A stretch of 64,000 nucleotides of DNA from Enterobacteria phage vB_EcoM_IME341. The notes under the pieces were generated by a model. That model was not told the origin of the DNA, did not search any database, and was given only the letters and a program-made list of their open reading frames with translations. The translations under genes and the position numbers were made by a program. This document shows positions 37,170 through 50,932 of the stretch, piece after piece (position 1 is the first letter of the stretch; each line of letters opens with the position of its first letter). The stretch is from sequence record MH051917; one strand, 5' to 3'.

Positions 37170-37841
37170 ATGAATTATTTAATTTACAAAATAACCAATC
37201 TCATTAATAACAAGATTTATGTTGGAGCCCATGCCACTACAGATGTTAATGATTCTTATATGGGCTCCGGGGTTAACATAGTAAAATCCATAAAGAAATA
37301 CGGCTTAGAGAATTTTAAAAAGGAAATCCTTTTCAATTTCGAAACATCTGAAGAGATGTATGCTAAGGAAGCCGAACTAGTTGACGAGGCTTTTGTTATG
37401 AGAACAGATACTTATAATGCAGCTTTAGGTGGTAAGGGTAATCCTGTTATAGTAGCTTTACAGGAACCTGGGTATCGTGAGATGTTATCCGAAAAGACCA
37501 AGGCAGGTATGACCAAGGAAGTAAGGGCCAAAATGTCTAAATCGAAAACAGGTTCTAAAGAATCCAAAGAGCACCGAGAAAACAAATCTATAGCTAATAA
37601 AAAGTTTTATGAGAATAGGGATTCTCATCTTAAAGGTAGGAAACTATCGGAAGAACATAAAGCCAAAATTAGAGAGAACTCTAATAAAGGTAAGAAATTT
37701 GTATTTGTTGATATAATGATTAAAGGATATAGATTTGACAGATACGAAACCGCCGCCGAATTTTTTAATGTTACCGGAGCTACCATTCGTAATTGGATTA
37801 AAGAAACAAGGCCTCAATTTGACGATTGCTATAAGTTATAG
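37170..37841 (+). CDS. Seg-like GIY-YIG homing endonuclease (segD position between genes 24 and 23)
   Basis: 223 aa; canonical GIY-YIG N-terminus (YLIYKITNLINNKIYVGAH...YMGSG), NUMOD3-like repeats (SEKTKAGMTKEVRAKMSKSKTGSKESKEH), C-terminal HTH-like end (FFNVTGATIRNWIKE). Confidence 0.85.
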   Translation: MNYLIYKITNLINNKIYVGAHATTDVNDSYMGSGVNIVKSIKKYGLENFKKEILFNFETSEEMYAKEAELVDEAFVMRTDTYNAALGGKGNPVIVALQEPGYREMLSEKTKAGMTKEVRAKMSKSKTGSKESKEHRENKSIANKKFYENRDSHLKGRKLSEEHKAKIRENSNKGKKFVFVDIMIKGYRFDRYETAAEFFNVTGATIRNWIKETRPQFDDCYKL

Positions 37842-37851
37842 AAACAAGAAT

Positions 37852-37869
37852 GGGAGACCGAAGTCTCCC
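37852..37869. other. GC hairpin between the Seg-like gene and the gene 23 3' end
   Basis: GGGAGAC-CGAA-GTCTCCC; weak T-run. Confidence 0.5.
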
Positions 37870-37899
37870 AAATAATTTAAGAATTAATAACTTATGTTA

Positions 37900-39459
37900 T
37901 CAAATTCCCTTAACGTAAACGCGACGGAAGTAACCATTCAGACCGAGGCTGTTAACGATGTCAGGCATACCATTCTGAATACGTTTGGTAGGCGCCTGAG
38001 CAGCTGGGTCAGCGAACGGGTTAATACCGATACCGTAACGAGTTTTGAAGCCCATTACCGGTTGGAAGTTCTTCGGATCGGAACCACGCAGCGGAGTCAG
38101 TGCAACGTACGGAGCATAGTAGATACCTGCGTCCATTTCGTTAGAACCTTTATAACCGATGGTGAAGTAATCGGAACGAGCATACTGGTCGATGTAAACA
38201 CGATATTTACCACCAAGAACACCGGCAAATACTGCTTTGGTTGTGTCAACGTTGAAACCCTGACCCAAACCTTGAGCTGCATAACTTACAGAAGTATCAA
38301 CTGCAGCCAGTACGTTAACTACGTTACGGGAAGCGATGATGAAGTTACCAGCACCACGACCGGTCTGACGAGCGATTTCGGCTGCTTCTTTATCAATCTG
38401 GAACAGAAGGGCTTTAAAGCTCTCACCGGCCCAACGAGCACCACGGATATCAATCGGGTCCTGGAAGTCAAACACACCAGCTTTAGCGCCAACGGTGTTG
38501 GTCATACCAGATTTACCAACCTGTGCAGAGTAGTTAATCCAATCGATAACTTCACGGTTGATTTCGAGCATAATTTCGGTAGCAAGGATACCGGACAGTT
38601 CAGCATCTGCATCCATACCGTGTACTGCACGAAGGTCCTGTGCCAGTTCGATAGAGTAGCTTGCTTTCAGCTGACGGGATTTAGCTTCGATAACTTGTTT
38701 GTCGATGCGGAAGCCCATTTCGTTCCACGGGTTATCGGTAGAACCGTTGAAACCTTCCTGAAGTTCAGCGATAGAAGTAGCCATACCTTCAGCGATTTCA
38801 GCCAGTTGACCAGCTTCAACCAGAGCGGTAACAGCAGCATCCAGTTTAGCGGCATCAGTAGCGCCTGCATCAACGGTCACAGCTTCAACAGCCTGGAAGT
38901 GTGCAGCACCGGTAGCTTCGAAGAAGTGAGAATAAATTTTACCAACTTCCAGAACTTTGCTTGCAGCCAGTGCTTCGAAAGTTTCAGCAGCACCCTGACC
39001 AGAGAACATAGCGTTCGGAGCATACATCGGATGGAAAGCTTCTTTAGCGCCTGCAGCGATAGGGTCTTTACCGTATACTGCACGCAGTGCAAATACCTGA
39101 CCAGTAGGGTTATTCAGAGGCTGAACACCACAAATATCAAAAGCAATCAGATGAGGAATAGCACGACGAACCATACCCATTACTGCCGGCCCAATCTGAG
39201 TTACAGCACCAGAGGTCTGGCCAGCTGCGATATTGGTAGCATCATAACCGTGGTCACCACCGATTTCAGCTTCAGTCAGGAAAGAACCAAATGCTTCGGA
39301 GATTTTTTCGTCACGATATTCTGGAGCAGTCAGGATGTCTTGTTCCTGGTTTTCGAAAATTTTAGCGATGATAGCTTGTTTAGAAGCACCAACGATTTCA
39401 GGAAGAGCTTCGTTTTCCAGCAGAGCGGACCATTTTTGAACTAATGCATTCTTTTTCAT
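37900..39459 (-). CDS. 23: Major capsid protein gp23
   Basis: 519 aa; near-identical to T4 gp23 over most of its length (QAIIAKIFENQE...GSFLTEAEIGGDHGY.ATNIAAGQTSGAVTQIGPAVMGMVRRAIP.LIAFDICGVQP...). Confidence 0.98.
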   Translation of the reverse strand: MKKNALVQKWSALLENEALPEIVGASKQAIIAKIFENQEQDILTAPEYRDEKISEAFGSFLTEAEIGGDHGYDATNIAAGQTSGAVTQIGPAVMGMVRRAIPHLIAFDICGVQPLNNPTGQVFALRAVYGKDPIAAGAKEAFHPMYAPNAMFSGQGAAETFEALAASKVLEVGKIYSHFFEATGAAHFQAVEAVTVDAGATDAAKLDAAVTALVEAGQLAEIAEGMATSIAELQEGFNGSTDNPWNEMGFRIDKQVIEAKSRQLKASYSIELAQDLRAVHGMDADAELSGILATEIMLEINREVIDWINYSAQVGKSGMTNTVGAKAGVFDFQDPIDIRGARWAGESFKALLFQIDKEAAEIARQTGRGAGNFIIASRNVVNVLAAVDTSVSYAAQGLGQGFNVDTTKAVFAGVLGGKYRVYIDQYARSDYFTIGYKGSNEMDAGIYYAPYVALTPLRGSDPKNFQPVMGFKTRYGIGINPFADPAAQAPTKRIQNGMPDIVNSLGLNGYFRRVYVKGI

Positions 39460-39480
39460 GTGTTGTATAACCTTATTAAA

Positions 39481-40296
39481 TTAAGAAATTCGTGATGCTG
39501 CGATTGCAGACAGGTCCGCGAAGGACAGGGTAGGCTTAGCGCCTTTTTCTTCAACTGCTTCCGAAATGTAATTCAGTGCTGCAGCATCGTCTTCAGTTTT
39601 ATTTATAGCGGCTTCGGTGATTGGTTTTTCAACGTCAGACTGACCTTTAACCATTTCAACGATAGCGCTAATTTTTTTACCAAATGCATCGGAATAATCC
39701 ATGCCTTCTACCAGAGAACTAACTTTTTCTTTCTGAGATTCGGTCAGGTCTTTGGTTGCTTCCGTAACAGCAACTTCACGCTGTACGTAATTGATATAAG
39801 AATCACGCTTACCAACTTCTTCGAACAGGCGAGCGGTTTCGGCTTTCTGTTCAGCCAATTCTTCTTCCATTTCAGCAACAACATCTACTGCTTCTTCTGG
39901 AACAACCACATTGTGTTCAACAAACAGTTCTTTCATACCCATCAACATGGATTCGAACAGTTCGGCTTTAATACCTTTATCAACAGCCAGCTGGTTTTCA
40001 GCCATCCATTCTTTAGCAACGTGGTCAAGGAAACGACCGGCAGCTTCTTGGATTTTCTTATCGGCTTTTTCTTCAGCTTCTTCTTTATTTTTCTCAACTT
40101 CTTCTTCCGCTTTTTCAGCGATTTTAGCGATGTGAGATTCAGCCAGTTTCACGGCGTGTTGCTTGACGGTAGCTTCGAATACAGTGCCGAAAGTTTCTTT
40201 TGCTTCCGGAGAAATATTAACTGATTCGAAAATACTATCAAGAGCAACGGAAGCATCAATATTCTGTGCTTCGGCAATCAGTTGTTCTTTAAGCAT
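39481..40296 (-). CDS. 22: Prohead core scaffold protein gp22
   Basis: 271 aa, acidic and alpha-helical; position between 23 and 21; size as T4 gp22. Confidence 0.85.
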   Translation of the reverse strand: MLKEQLIAEAQNIDASVALDSIFESVNISPEAKETFGTVFEATVKQHAVKLAESHIAKIAEKAEEEVEKNKEEAEEKADKKIQEAAGRFLDHVAKEWMAENQLAVDKGIKAELFESMLMGMKELFVEHNVVVPEEAVDVVAEMEEELAEQKAETARLFEEVGKRDSYINYVQREVAVTEATKDLTESQKEKVSSLVEGMDYSDAFGKKISAIVEMVKGQSDVEKPITEAAINKTEDDAAALNYISEAVEEKGAKPTLSFADLSAIAASRIS

Positions 40297-40323
40297 TTTG
40301 TAGTCCTGTTGTTTAGATAATAA

Positions 40324-40331
40324 TATTTATA
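40324..40331 (-). promoter_or_regulatory. Late promoter for gene 22
   Basis: TATAAATA on the minus strand between gene 21 and gene 22. Confidence 0.55.
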
Positions 40332-40962
40332 ACGCTTTTTTCATGGCCTCTGCGAGAGCCATAAAGGCGTCATCGGCACTGGTATCGGTTTCTACCGTTT
40401 GTGATTCTGTAATTTGCTTTGGAGTTACATAAGCATCAGGAGCAGATGGTCCCCATACTGCATCAACACCGACGGTTAATTTATAACCTTCGTTTACACG
40501 CTTATATCCTTTGTTGGTTTCGGTTAAAGAACCAAGACCACGAGAACTAACACCAGGAACCCAACCTGCTCGAATATTTGCAGCTAGTTTATCACCTGGA
40601 CCATGGTCACCTTCGATGATACGTGCACGTCCATAAACGTCATTACCTTTCCACCACATATCTTCTATAATAATAGCGGCTTGCATAGGGTCGACGTTAG
40701 CACGAGGCGGATGATTTAATTCTCCTAAAGCTTGTTTAGTAGCAACTTGTTCTGCCATATAATCGGCAACGGCTTTTTCCAAAATAGGTTTTGGGTAAAG
40801 ACGTTTATTACGGTTAACTACTTCGGCTTGCATGAAAATGCCTTCTATATAAAGGCCTGGGGCAAGTCCAGAATCTTTCCCATCATGAGATTCCAACATA
40901 GGAACCCCATCGATAATTTCACCTGGTTGTCCCCAATGTTCGATGAGCAATTCAGGTTTCAT
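40327..40962 (-). CDS. 21: Prohead protease gp21
   Basis: 211 aa (T4 212 aa); synteny. Confidence 0.85.
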   Translation of the reverse strand: MKPELLIEHWGQPGEIIDGVPMLESHDGKDSGLAPGLYIEGIFMQAEVVNRNKRLYPKPILEKAVADYMAEQVATKQALGELNHPPRANVDPMQAAIIIEDMWWKGNDVYGRARIIEGDHGPGDKLAANIRAGWVPGVSSRGLGSLTETNKGYKRVNEGYKLTVGVDAVWGPSAPDAYVTPKQITESQTVETDTSADDAFMALAEAMKKAL

Positions 40963-41390
40963 TAGTTAAGTCCAAAGGCTTTACGTTTAGAACGAGCTTT
41001 TTTACGCTTACGTTCAGCACGTACTTGAGTAGACGGATTAGCACGTTTGGTTTTAGATGCTTTGCGAGCAATCTGACGGCGTTTTGCTTTAGATAACCCA
41101 GTCGTTTGATAAGCATTGCGTTGACGGGTTTTAATATCTTTAGTACGAGTAAGCTCACCTTTAGAGGAGACATGCTTAACGATAAATTCGTTAAGAGCCA
41201 TATTTTCATTCAAAGAAGCAATGGCAATAGCTGTATCGATATCACCATCAGCAATCATGTTCTCTACAAGATTATTTATATCGCTTTTCTCGAGTGCTTC
41301 AGAAAGAATAGCAAAACGTCCCTGTGCTTCTAGAATTTTGGCCTCTACGCTTTCAAGAGTTAATTCGTAATCATCAGGGATAAGGAACAT
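40962..41390 (-). CDS. 68: Prohead core protein gp68
   Basis: 142 aa (T4 141 aa); basic C-terminus; ATGA overlap with gene 21. Confidence 0.75.
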   Translation of the reverse strand: MFLIPDDYELTLESVEAKILEAQGRFAILSEALEKSDINNLVENMIADGDIDTAIAIASLNENMALNEFIVKHVSSKGELTRTKDIKTRQRNAYQTTGLSKAKRRQIARKASKTKRANPSTQVRAERKRKKARSKRKAFGLN

Positions 41391-41659
41391 TATTCATCGT
41401 CCTCGTCGTCATCGCCATCATCACCTTCATCCGCGTCGTCAGATTCTTTTTTGTCTTTCTTATCTGCTTTATCGGATTTTTTGTCATCTTCGTCTTCGTC
41501 ATCTTCGTCAGCTTCTTCGCCTTCAATCATAACGGAGCGAGCAATTTCTGCTTTACGGGCTTCAATCAAAGCGGCTACTCGAGATTCGATAAGCGGGGCT
41601 GCTGCTTTACGAACTGCTACGAGGTCGTTTGATTTAATAGCTTCGATTAAATCTTCCAT
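41390..41659 (-). CDS. 67: Prohead core protein gp67
   Basis: 89 aa with a strongly acidic C-terminal tail; position between 20 and 68. Confidence 0.75.
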   Translation of the reverse strand: MEDLIEAIKSNDLVAVRKAAAPLIESRVAALIEARKAEIARSVMIEGEEADEDDEDEDDKKSDKADKKDKKESDDADEGDDGDDDEDDE

Positions 41660-43233
41660 TAGAAATCCTCTTCTTCTTCATCTGGGTTTTGGAAACGAGC
41701 CTCTTTAGACTCTTCTTCAATTTGCTTAGCTTCTTGATTAATTTCTTCGTCAGTCATCTGAAGGAAATCTTTCATAGCCGTTTGATGTGAAATGTACTTA
41801 CCAATAAATGGTTCAGCCATCGTTAGCATATTGATTCTGCGTTCCATGATTTCCGCATCTTTCATTTCACTGAAATAGCTATCACGATTGAACGTAACTT
41901 TAATATTATTTATTTCTCTTTCCCACTCATCTTCTGTAATAATCTTTTTAAGAATGAGGTTTGTTTTTAATGGGTCTAAGAAAATTTCTTCAAATTTATT
42001 TTGGAGCTGGCGAATCCATTTAGCAAATTTCAACTCGTCACGAGTTATAGCTGTACCGGCATCAAACATAACACCTGAATTAGATTCACTAGGGATACGT
42101 GATTCTGGAATACGCAGTGCACGGTAAAGTGCTGTGCGGAAATAAAGAACGTCATCCATATCACTCATACCAGTAGCACCTGGCATTGTATCAACTTCTG
42201 TAACCGCTTTACCGTCACGACGTTGCAACCAATAGTCTTCAGTCATGGACATATTGTGTTGTTGGTTTTTAATTTTACCTGTCGAAGCATCATACACTAC
42301 ACGGTTTTTCATCGTGTTCATGATATGTTGCATTTGTGCTGCAGCCTTACGTGAAGGCATATTACCTGTATCGATATAAAATACACGACGGTCAGGAGCA
42401 CGGGTAATACGGTAGATGACCATTGCGTCTTCCATCAATTTAAGCTGGTTTGCAGGCTTAATAGCACGTTGCAAATAGCCAATGATGTTTTTACCACAAC
42501 AATCTAATAATCCTGAATGGGCATAAACCACAGCAGCACGAGGAATTTTAACTTTAGTCCCGGCTGAATAAATGCGTCCATCTGCGCAATAGCTTTCATG
42601 ACCTGTATCATAAACGAAAAACTCACGGTATCCGTCTACAATTTTAACACCATCTTCCATACGTGTAACGATTTCACGAATATATTGGACTTGGCGCGGG
42701 TCTAAGCGACGAAGCTCTTGTACGCCATCTTTCATTTTTTTAGGGTTTATAATTTTATGAAAGAAAATTCTTGAGTCTACATACCAGCGTTGGAAATGGT
42801 CAGTGCCTTTACGTTGGAAATTTAAAAGGTTTAAAACTTCACTGAATTCGGCCAAGATTTTATCTTTAATTGCTTGACTAAATTCTGTCCCGTCTAAATT
42901 CAATGCAACTACTTCTTTATCATCCTCATAGACAATAGCGTCAGACACAATTTCCTGTACGGCGTTGTCGACTTCATAGTTGTTCATTAAATTACGGTAG
43001 GTATCAATAAGTTCCCTGGTATTTTTAACTTCAGGCTCATTACTACCAAACATCTGTTGCATAAGAGCATTATAAGGAATATTTTGCTCTTGTGTCTCAA
43101 TTTCGCGAGCGCCATCATCAAGCTTAGGTGCGGTGACAGACTCTAAATTGTTATTAATTTGTTGTTTATATTCTTTTTCGTCTTCATTAGCCCATGGCTT
43201 AAGAAAACTTAATATTGTATTAAAGTTTGCCAT
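41659..43233 (-). CDS. 20: Portal vertex protein gp20
   Basis: 524 aa (T4 524 aa); synteny between 19 and 67. Confidence 0.9.
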   Translation of the reverse strand: MANFNTILSFLKPWANEDEKEYKQQINNNLESVTAPKLDDGAREIETQEQNIPYNALMQQMFGSNEPEVKNTRELIDTYRNLMNNYEVDNAVQEIVSDAIVYEDDKEVVALNLDGTEFSQAIKDKILAEFSEVLNLLNFQRKGTDHFQRWYVDSRIFFHKIINPKKMKDGVQELRRLDPRQVQYIREIVTRMEDGVKIVDGYREFFVYDTGHESYCADGRIYSAGTKVKIPRAAVVYAHSGLLDCCGKNIIGYLQRAIKPANQLKLMEDAMVIYRITRAPDRRVFYIDTGNMPSRKAAAQMQHIMNTMKNRVVYDASTGKIKNQQHNMSMTEDYWLQRRDGKAVTEVDTMPGATGMSDMDDVLYFRTALYRALRIPESRIPSESNSGVMFDAGTAITRDELKFAKWIRQLQNKFEEIFLDPLKTNLILKKIITEDEWEREINNIKVTFNRDSYFSEMKDAEIMERRINMLTMAEPFIGKYISHQTAMKDFLQMTDEEINQEAKQIEEESKEARFQNPDEEEEDF

Positions 43234-43281
43234 TAGAGTCTCCGATGAATGGGATAAGGAGCCGAAGCTCCTTGATAATTC

Positions 43282-43289
43282 TATTTATA
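43282..43289 (-). promoter_or_regulatory. Late promoter for gene 20
   Basis: TATAAATA on the minus strand, about 49 nt upstream of the gp20 start. Confidence 0.5.
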
Positions 43290-43290
43290 C

Positions 43291-43782
43291 TCATTCCCAC
43301 CAATCGATAGCGAACGTACTTTCAAACGTTTCAACTTCGTTGTTCGAATCCCAATCCATCTGGACTTCACCAACGTTAGTAGGCCATAAGCCGTAAATTG
43401 TAACTTCTTTGGTCACAGTCTTGCCGTCACGATGGAACTGGCGAACTACTGCTTGTTTCTTATATTCTGCAGGTGCTGCACCCGTAATTTCATTGGTCAT
43501 ACCATGACAGAGATTCTGCCAATCAACAATTGCTTGACGAGTGTCATGTGCATCATCGTTATAAATGGTAATAGTCCAATCATCAAACGTACGGTCACCA
43601 GCTACGTTAATTTTACGGTTCATGTAGCCAACCGGTACTTTTTCTACAATGCCTGCCGGCATAGGTGCCGCTTTACATTTAAAGCTAAAGTTTTTACCAA
43701 GAAATGGAATTTCCACTTCGAAAAGGTTAGGGCGTGCAAAGTCACCTGACTCAAACGCACGAGTGATATCTGTCAACTCCAT
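43291..43782 (-). CDS. 19: Tail tube protein gp19
   Basis: From the internal Met (MELTDITRAFESGDFARPNLFEVEIPFLG...), 163 aa like T4 gp19; AAGAGG Shine-Dalgarno; the track start at 43812 adds 10 unsupported codons. Confidence 0.92.
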   Translation of the reverse strand: MELTDITRAFESGDFARPNLFEVEIPFLGKNFSFKCKAAPMPAGIVEKVPVGYMNRKINVAGDRTFDDWTITIYNDDAHDTRQAIVDWQNLCHGMTNEITGAAPAEYKKQAVVRQFHRDGKTVTKEVTIYGLWPTNVGEVQMDWDSNNEVETFESTFAIDWWE

Positions 43783-43834
43783 GGGATGCCTCTTAAGTCG
43801 GTTCCTGGACACACCAGGAACGTTCTGATTAATT

Positions 43835-43842
43835 TATTTATA
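43835..43842 (-). promoter_or_regulatory. Late promoter for gene 19
   Basis: TATAAATA on the minus strand in the 18-19 intergenic region; a GTTCCTGG...CCAGGAAC hairpin lies in the leader. Confidence 0.55.
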
Positions 43843-43967
43843 ACAGTTGATAAATCATATTCTGAGAGAATAATCAATCCCAGGCGCAATTCTACGTGAT
43901 GTACGCTGTAACCAAACTCATGGTATAATGGTTTTAGGTTCTTTATATTACAACCTGGGATAATAGA

Positions 43968-45950
43968 TTATACTAACGGTCCAATCAATTCATCAAAATC
44001 AGCACCAGTGCTCGTTGCAACGAAGTTCAACGTGATGTAGTTAATAGAACGAGAAGGTTTAACGTAGATATTAGCAATAAACTCATTACGGTCGATAACC
44101 GCAGGGGTGTTCACTGTAGTATCACAAACCACACGTCCTTCATAAATCCCACCAAGTGCCTTAATACCATCTAAGTACTGAGAAACTTCCATACGGAAGC
44201 TTGAACGAGTGAAGTTGTCGTTCAATTCAAACAGTTTATATTTAGAGGCATCGCCGATATTTTTCTTAAGCATGTTGAACAGACGGCGAACGTTAATGTG
44301 GTCCATCGGAGATGGAACTTTAGTTGCAGTCTTATCACCAAACAATACGAAGCCATCACCGCCGGCAAAACCGACAACTGGGTTAATAGCTTCTTGGTAC
44401 ATGCGGTCACGTTGTGCTTGACGTGGTTCAATTGCCAATTTCAGAACGTTAAGAATCTGACCACGGTTATAACCAGCTGGAGACATCCAAGGCTGAGAAA
44501 CATCATCTGTACGCGCACACAAACCGGCCATATCGGCGGCCAGAGGCACCCAACGGTTTACGTCATTATATTTGTCATACTGATATTTATAGTTACCGTC
44601 AATAGCAGCATAAGTGGTGCTAATGTTCATATTGTTGCTTTCAAACAATCCTGAACCAGTACGCCAGTCGATAAGGTTATCTACTGCACGAGTCAGTGGA
44701 ACGTTAACCAAAAGACCTTTAGGAGGAGAAATAAATGCTAAGCAATCCTGACGTTCATCAGCAATACTAACAACGTGTTTCTGGACGGTAGAAGCAACTT
44801 CATCACCTTCACCAGCAACAGCACCAGCAATCAAAAGGTTAATATGGAGGGCTTCACGATCGGCAAACAAATCCCAACCCTGCATCAAATCGCCTGCGGT
44901 AACTTTATCGTTGGCAGAAACACCACCCATCAAATTAATGATACCACTGAAGCCTTTTGGCCAGTTCAGAGAAGTTGCATAGATGTAATTGGAAGTACCT
45001 TTAGCGAAATAGTCATCAAGATAAATGTTATTACCGTAAACGTCTTTTTCGCCTTCTTTGGTAGAAAGTACGACAGATTCTACGATAGCGCCATCACGAC
45101 GAACAATAATAGCGTATTGGTCTTCTGTTTGAGGACCGTAATTAAATACCGCCTTGGCAATAGAAGCACGAGAACCACCGCCTGGATAAATATCCAGCAT
45201 TTTAGTAGAACCGGCATCATAAGCTGCTTTAGAAACAATTTCTACTTCTAAGGTAGAACCAATTTCGCCTGGATAAAGAGCAACTACGCCTGGCATAGCA
45301 AATTTCTTAAGAGACGCTTGGAATTCAAGAGAAGTAATAGCTTCTTCACTATTCTCGGCTTCGGTCAAAAGAATACCGGAATCGGTAACAATTTTGCCTA
45401 CGGTAATAGTACCAGAAACACCAGAAGAAGCGGAAGTAACTTCAGCCGTCCAAGCCGGACCCAGGGTAGGATACTGGTTTAAAGAACGTGCATAAGTAAT
45501 AATTTTTGCCGATGGGATAAACACAGAAAGAATTTTACCGTCTGTATCTACAGAAGTAACACGGCCTTCAGATTCGATTACAGTTTGGTTATATTTAATA
45601 TTGATTTTATCGCCTACTGCATAGTTAGAACCGGCCGTAGTAATAGTGGTTTCGATATTACCGGCAATAGGAGATGCGTTTTTAGCAAACTCACGACTAA
45701 CAACACGAACTGTACGAAGGTCGTTACCATACTGGAGGAAGTTCATACCAGACATAAAATAATCTGCTACTTCGTTATTAGGACCTCCAAACAAATCCAC
45801 CAGTTCAACTTCGTTAGTAATTTGAGTTACCTGGAAAGCAGGGCCCCACTGGAATTTACCAACCAGCGCTGCACGACCCGTTGCGTTACGAACGACAGTA
45901 CTCTGTACGGACGTTTCTTTGAGCTCAATGCCCGGTGATAATAAAGCCAT
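43968..45950 (-). CDS. 18: Tail sheath protein gp18
   Basis: 660 aa (T4 659 aa); MALLSPGIELKETSVQ... ; synteny; late promoter upstream. Confidence 0.93.
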   Translation of the reverse strand: MALLSPGIELKETSVQSTVVRNATGRAALVGKFQWGPAFQVTQITNEVELVDLFGGPNNEVADYFMSGMNFLQYGNDLRTVRVVSREFAKNASPIAGNIETTITTAGSNYAVGDKINIKYNQTVIESEGRVTSVDTDGKILSVFIPSAKIITYARSLNQYPTLGPAWTAEVTSASSGVSGTITVGKIVTDSGILLTEAENSEEAITSLEFQASLKKFAMPGVVALYPGEIGSTLEVEIVSKAAYDAGSTKMLDIYPGGGSRASIAKAVFNYGPQTEDQYAIIVRRDGAIVESVVLSTKEGEKDVYGNNIYLDDYFAKGTSNYIYATSLNWPKGFSGIINLMGGVSANDKVTAGDLMQGWDLFADREALHINLLIAGAVAGEGDEVASTVQKHVVSIADERQDCLAFISPPKGLLVNVPLTRAVDNLIDWRTGSGLFESNNMNISTTYAAIDGNYKYQYDKYNDVNRWVPLAADMAGLCARTDDVSQPWMSPAGYNRGQILNVLKLAIEPRQAQRDRMYQEAINPVVGFAGGDGFVLFGDKTATKVPSPMDHINVRRLFNMLKKNIGDASKYKLFELNDNFTRSSFRMEVSQYLDGIKALGGIYEGRVVCDTTVNTPAVIDRNEFIANIYVKPSRSINYITLNFVATSTGADFDELIGPLV

Positions 45951-45981
45951 TTTGAATCCTCTTGGTTATGCTTTATTGTTA

Positions 45982-48289
<2,308 letters not shown>

Positions 48290-48293
<4 letters not shown>

Positions 48294-49156
48294 GGGTTTC
48301 TCCTTGGTGCTGGAGGCGCTGGCTCGACAGGCACTGGAATATCTTGTGAATATGTTTGAACGGAACTTCCATCCCATTCTGTTTGTTCTACACCTCTCGG
48401 AACCACTTCGCTATCAACCGATTCGAAATTACCTTCAGGAGCGAGTTCCTTTGAGTTAGCAAAGAAATCAAGATAAATGGTTTTAATTTCGCCTTCCATT
48501 TCTTTCACAGGAGGATATAACCACCCATTAACCTCAAACATCATAGACCATTCTAAACGACGACGTGAAGCGGTATCACCTTCAAGTTGTTCATCCATAG
48601 CAATAGACTGGAACACAATACGAATATCACGGTCAAATTTAATCTCGTTTGTATAGAGTTCAGTGATTGTTGTATTAAAGTGAGGTTGGAAATAAGGCAT
48701 AATCTGTTCCACAATTTGGAACATATCATCTTGGGTTCTAGTGTAAATACCCAGTTCGAAAATCATTTTAACCGGAGTAGGAGAATATTGGCTAACTCGT
48801 TTTCTTGGGTCACCATTCTCAAATTGAATTTGTGTTCTGTTCTGAAGAGCTGTTTTGTATTGTGAGTTATAAAGCATATCAACCATTTGAAGGTTCATAC
48901 GTGGGAGAACTGTTTCCACTTTAGCTTTTTGTTCAGCTCGTTCTTTAGGAGACATATTAGGGTTTGGAATATTTTGAACAGCAGTCCATTTACCCAAATT
49001 TGCCATAAATCTTTCTTTAGAAGCATACGTAATAGGAACCTTAATAAATTTAAGCCCTGTATCTTCTCTTTGACGTGCTACTTGAACATGGGAAAATAAA
49101 TCACCCATCAAAACAATATAGCGACGTAGCGAACTATTATACCAATGTCCAAACAT
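48290..49156 (-). CDS. 15: Tail sheath stabiliser / tail completion protein gp15
   Basis: From the internal Met [25 protein letters not shown]..., similar to T4 gp15 (MFGYFYNSSFRRYATLMGDLFSNIQ...); GGAGG Shine-Dalgarno. Confidence 0.9.
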
Positions 49157-49194
49157 CAAACCTCCTAAATGGCGCACCATGCGCCATGTATTAT

Positions 49195-49968
49195 TTAATC
49201 ATCTAAAAAAGCATCATCAAATGCTGTAGGAGGAGCATCCTCTCCTCGGCCATTAATTACAACATAAGGATGTACGAATTCTGCAGCTTCGGCATTAATC
49301 TCATTGACCTCTTCGTATTGAATGTCGGAGATATCAGCCAACCCGTCGATATTCTTAACAGGCATTAAATCAAGCTCACTGAATTCGGGAATATTAATAC
49401 CTTCATTTCTCTGTAATTCAGGACGAAGTTCTTCACCGTTGTAAATGAACTTGGTAGCAGTGATTCGACGCTGGACGTTAGCACCCACTTGATAGAATGG
49501 GTCATAAGGTTGAACCCAGTTAATTTCGAATAGGCTGTTGTCCATTGGGAAATAAATCAAGTCGCCTGAAACAGGTTCAGTGCCATTGCATTGATGTTTA
49601 AAAAGGTTAGGGTTAATTGTGATTGTTACCTCATCATTAACCATCATACCGAACTTACTGAAATAAGTATTGTCACCGGAATAACCTTCAAAGGAATCCA
49701 AATATCCTGCAAACTTCCAGGCTTTAGTAAATTTGTTCTGAAGGTCTTCGCCAAATAGCTGGTCAGGTTTAACGTATTCACGTGGTATATAATAAAGCTC
49801 AATACCACGCATTTGAATAGACTCAGCAACTAAAGCATCAGCCAATGTTTGGGTATTCTCATGCTTATAAAAGTTGACGAAAGGGTTCATTATTTCAGTT
49901 TCGTTCGTGTTAGCATAGCCAGTATTATCTTCTAGCTTAGCGAATAAACTCGAATCGAAAGTAGCCAT
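49195..49968 (-). CDS. 14: Neck protein gp14
   Basis: 257 aa (T4 256 aa); synteny. Confidence 0.85.
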   Translation of the reverse strand: MATFDSSLFAKLEDNTGYANTNETEIMNPFVNFYKHENTQTLADALVAESIQMRGIELYYIPREYVKPDQLFGEDLQNKFTKAWKFAGYLDSFEGYSGDNTYFSKFGMMVNDEVTITINPNLFKHQCNGTEPVSGDLIYFPMDNSLFEINWVQPYDPFYQVGANVQRRITATKFIYNGEELRPELQRNEGINIPEFSELDLMPVKNIDGLADISDIQYEEVNEINAEAAEFVHPYVVINGRGEDAPPTAFDDAFLDD

Positions 49969-49970
49969 AA

Positions 49971-50903
49971 TTATCCAATTAAAATAGGTGTTGGTGGGTC
50001 GAGTAAATCTAATTCTTCACGAAGACGTTCTTTTTCTAAACGAGCCTCTTCAATCAATCGAATACCGTCTACGGTGGTTCCGCCTGCAAGTTGCATGCCT
50101 TGGTGTTTGGCCAAAATATTACCATTGACTTCTTTAACCAGTGCCGTAGCATAATCTTTAACCCAACGGTTATTATATGCACCATCTTGAAGACCAAGGT
50201 CCTCACCTACACGCATACCAGAAATACGACGTGACGGGTTATCCCAAACAGCACCCGGGCTCCATGCATCTTCACCACAAGCTGAAGCATAACCATATCC
50301 TACAGTATTTCCTACCATAGAATCCACTCCATTAAAAGAGCGAGTATAAACTTCAATTACAATAAAATCGCCTTTAACAAAGTTACCCATTACCTTCAAC
50401 TGTTCAGTGGCATCGTTATACCAATAATCAGGTAGTGGAACCAAAAGGTCCTGCATCATAGAACGATATTGCATTAATTGTGTAAAATAACCAAGGTCAG
50501 CACCAAAGGCATTAGGTCCGAAGCTATTACATGAAGACCCTAACCCACCATTAATTCCGGCTAGGCCTAATACAAAATCAGTAAACCACGGATAAGTTGC
50601 TTGCCCGTCCATAGATGTTAAAGAACCCACGTTGGTTCTCAAAATTTGTGTTACTGCAAATATATTACGTCCTTTAAGGTCAAACACTCCATTACGGAAT
50701 TTTTCTTCATCATCATGACCGATATAAAAAGCCTGATAACCTTTGTTATACCCATTATAATGATACTCGCCGTAGAGCTCTAGGGCGCGCTGGATGCAAT
50801 CGTATACTTGGTCTGTAGTTACTTCAATATTTGTAATCGGCGCACCCAGGCGGCGCAGAATAGCGTCCTTGAGTTGCTTAGGGTTAAATGATTCACTTGC
50901 CAT
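49971..50903 (-). CDS. 13: Neck protein gp13
   Basis: 310 aa (T4 309 aa); synteny; late promoter and terminator hairpin upstream. Confidence 0.85.
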   Translation of the reverse strand: MASESFNPKQLKDAILRRLGAPITNIEVTTDQVYDCIQRALELYGEYHYNGYNKGYQAFYIGHDDEEKFRNGVFDLKGRNIFAVTQILRTNVGSLTSMDGQATYPWFTDFVLGLAGINGGLGSSCNSFGPNAFGADLGYFTQLMQYRSMMQDLLVPLPDYWYNDATEQLKVMGNFVKGDFIVIEVYTRSFNGVDSMVGNTVGYGYASACGEDAWSPGAVWDNPSRRISGMRVGEDLGLQDGAYNNRWVKDYATALVKEVNGNILAKHQGMQLAGGTTVDGIRLIEEARLEKERLREELDLLDPPTPILIG

Positions 50904-50924
50904 ATTTTATTCCTCTAATAACCG

Positions 50925-50932
50925 TATTTATA
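50925..50932 (-). promoter_or_regulatory. Late promoter for gene 13
   Basis: TATAAATA on the minus strand, about 22 nt upstream of the gp13 ATG, just downstream of the wac terminator. Confidence 0.6.

Noticed and set aside
37894-39444. 516-aa plus-strand ORF
   Set aside because: Exact antisense of the major capsid gene 23, which is near-identical to T4 gp23; the plus-strand translation is low-complexity and has no expression signals.
41390-41659. Acidic low-complexity stretch ([39 protein letters not shown])
   Set aside because: It is the acidic tail of the gp67-position prohead core protein, an expected property of internal scaffold peptides, not a separate repeat element.
43880-43965. Possible small RNA in the gene 18-19 spacer (CCCAGG...CCTGGG distant inverted repeat, TATAAT-like box)
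   Set aside because: The pairing is short and distant; the region is adequately explained as the gene 19 late promoter and leader.
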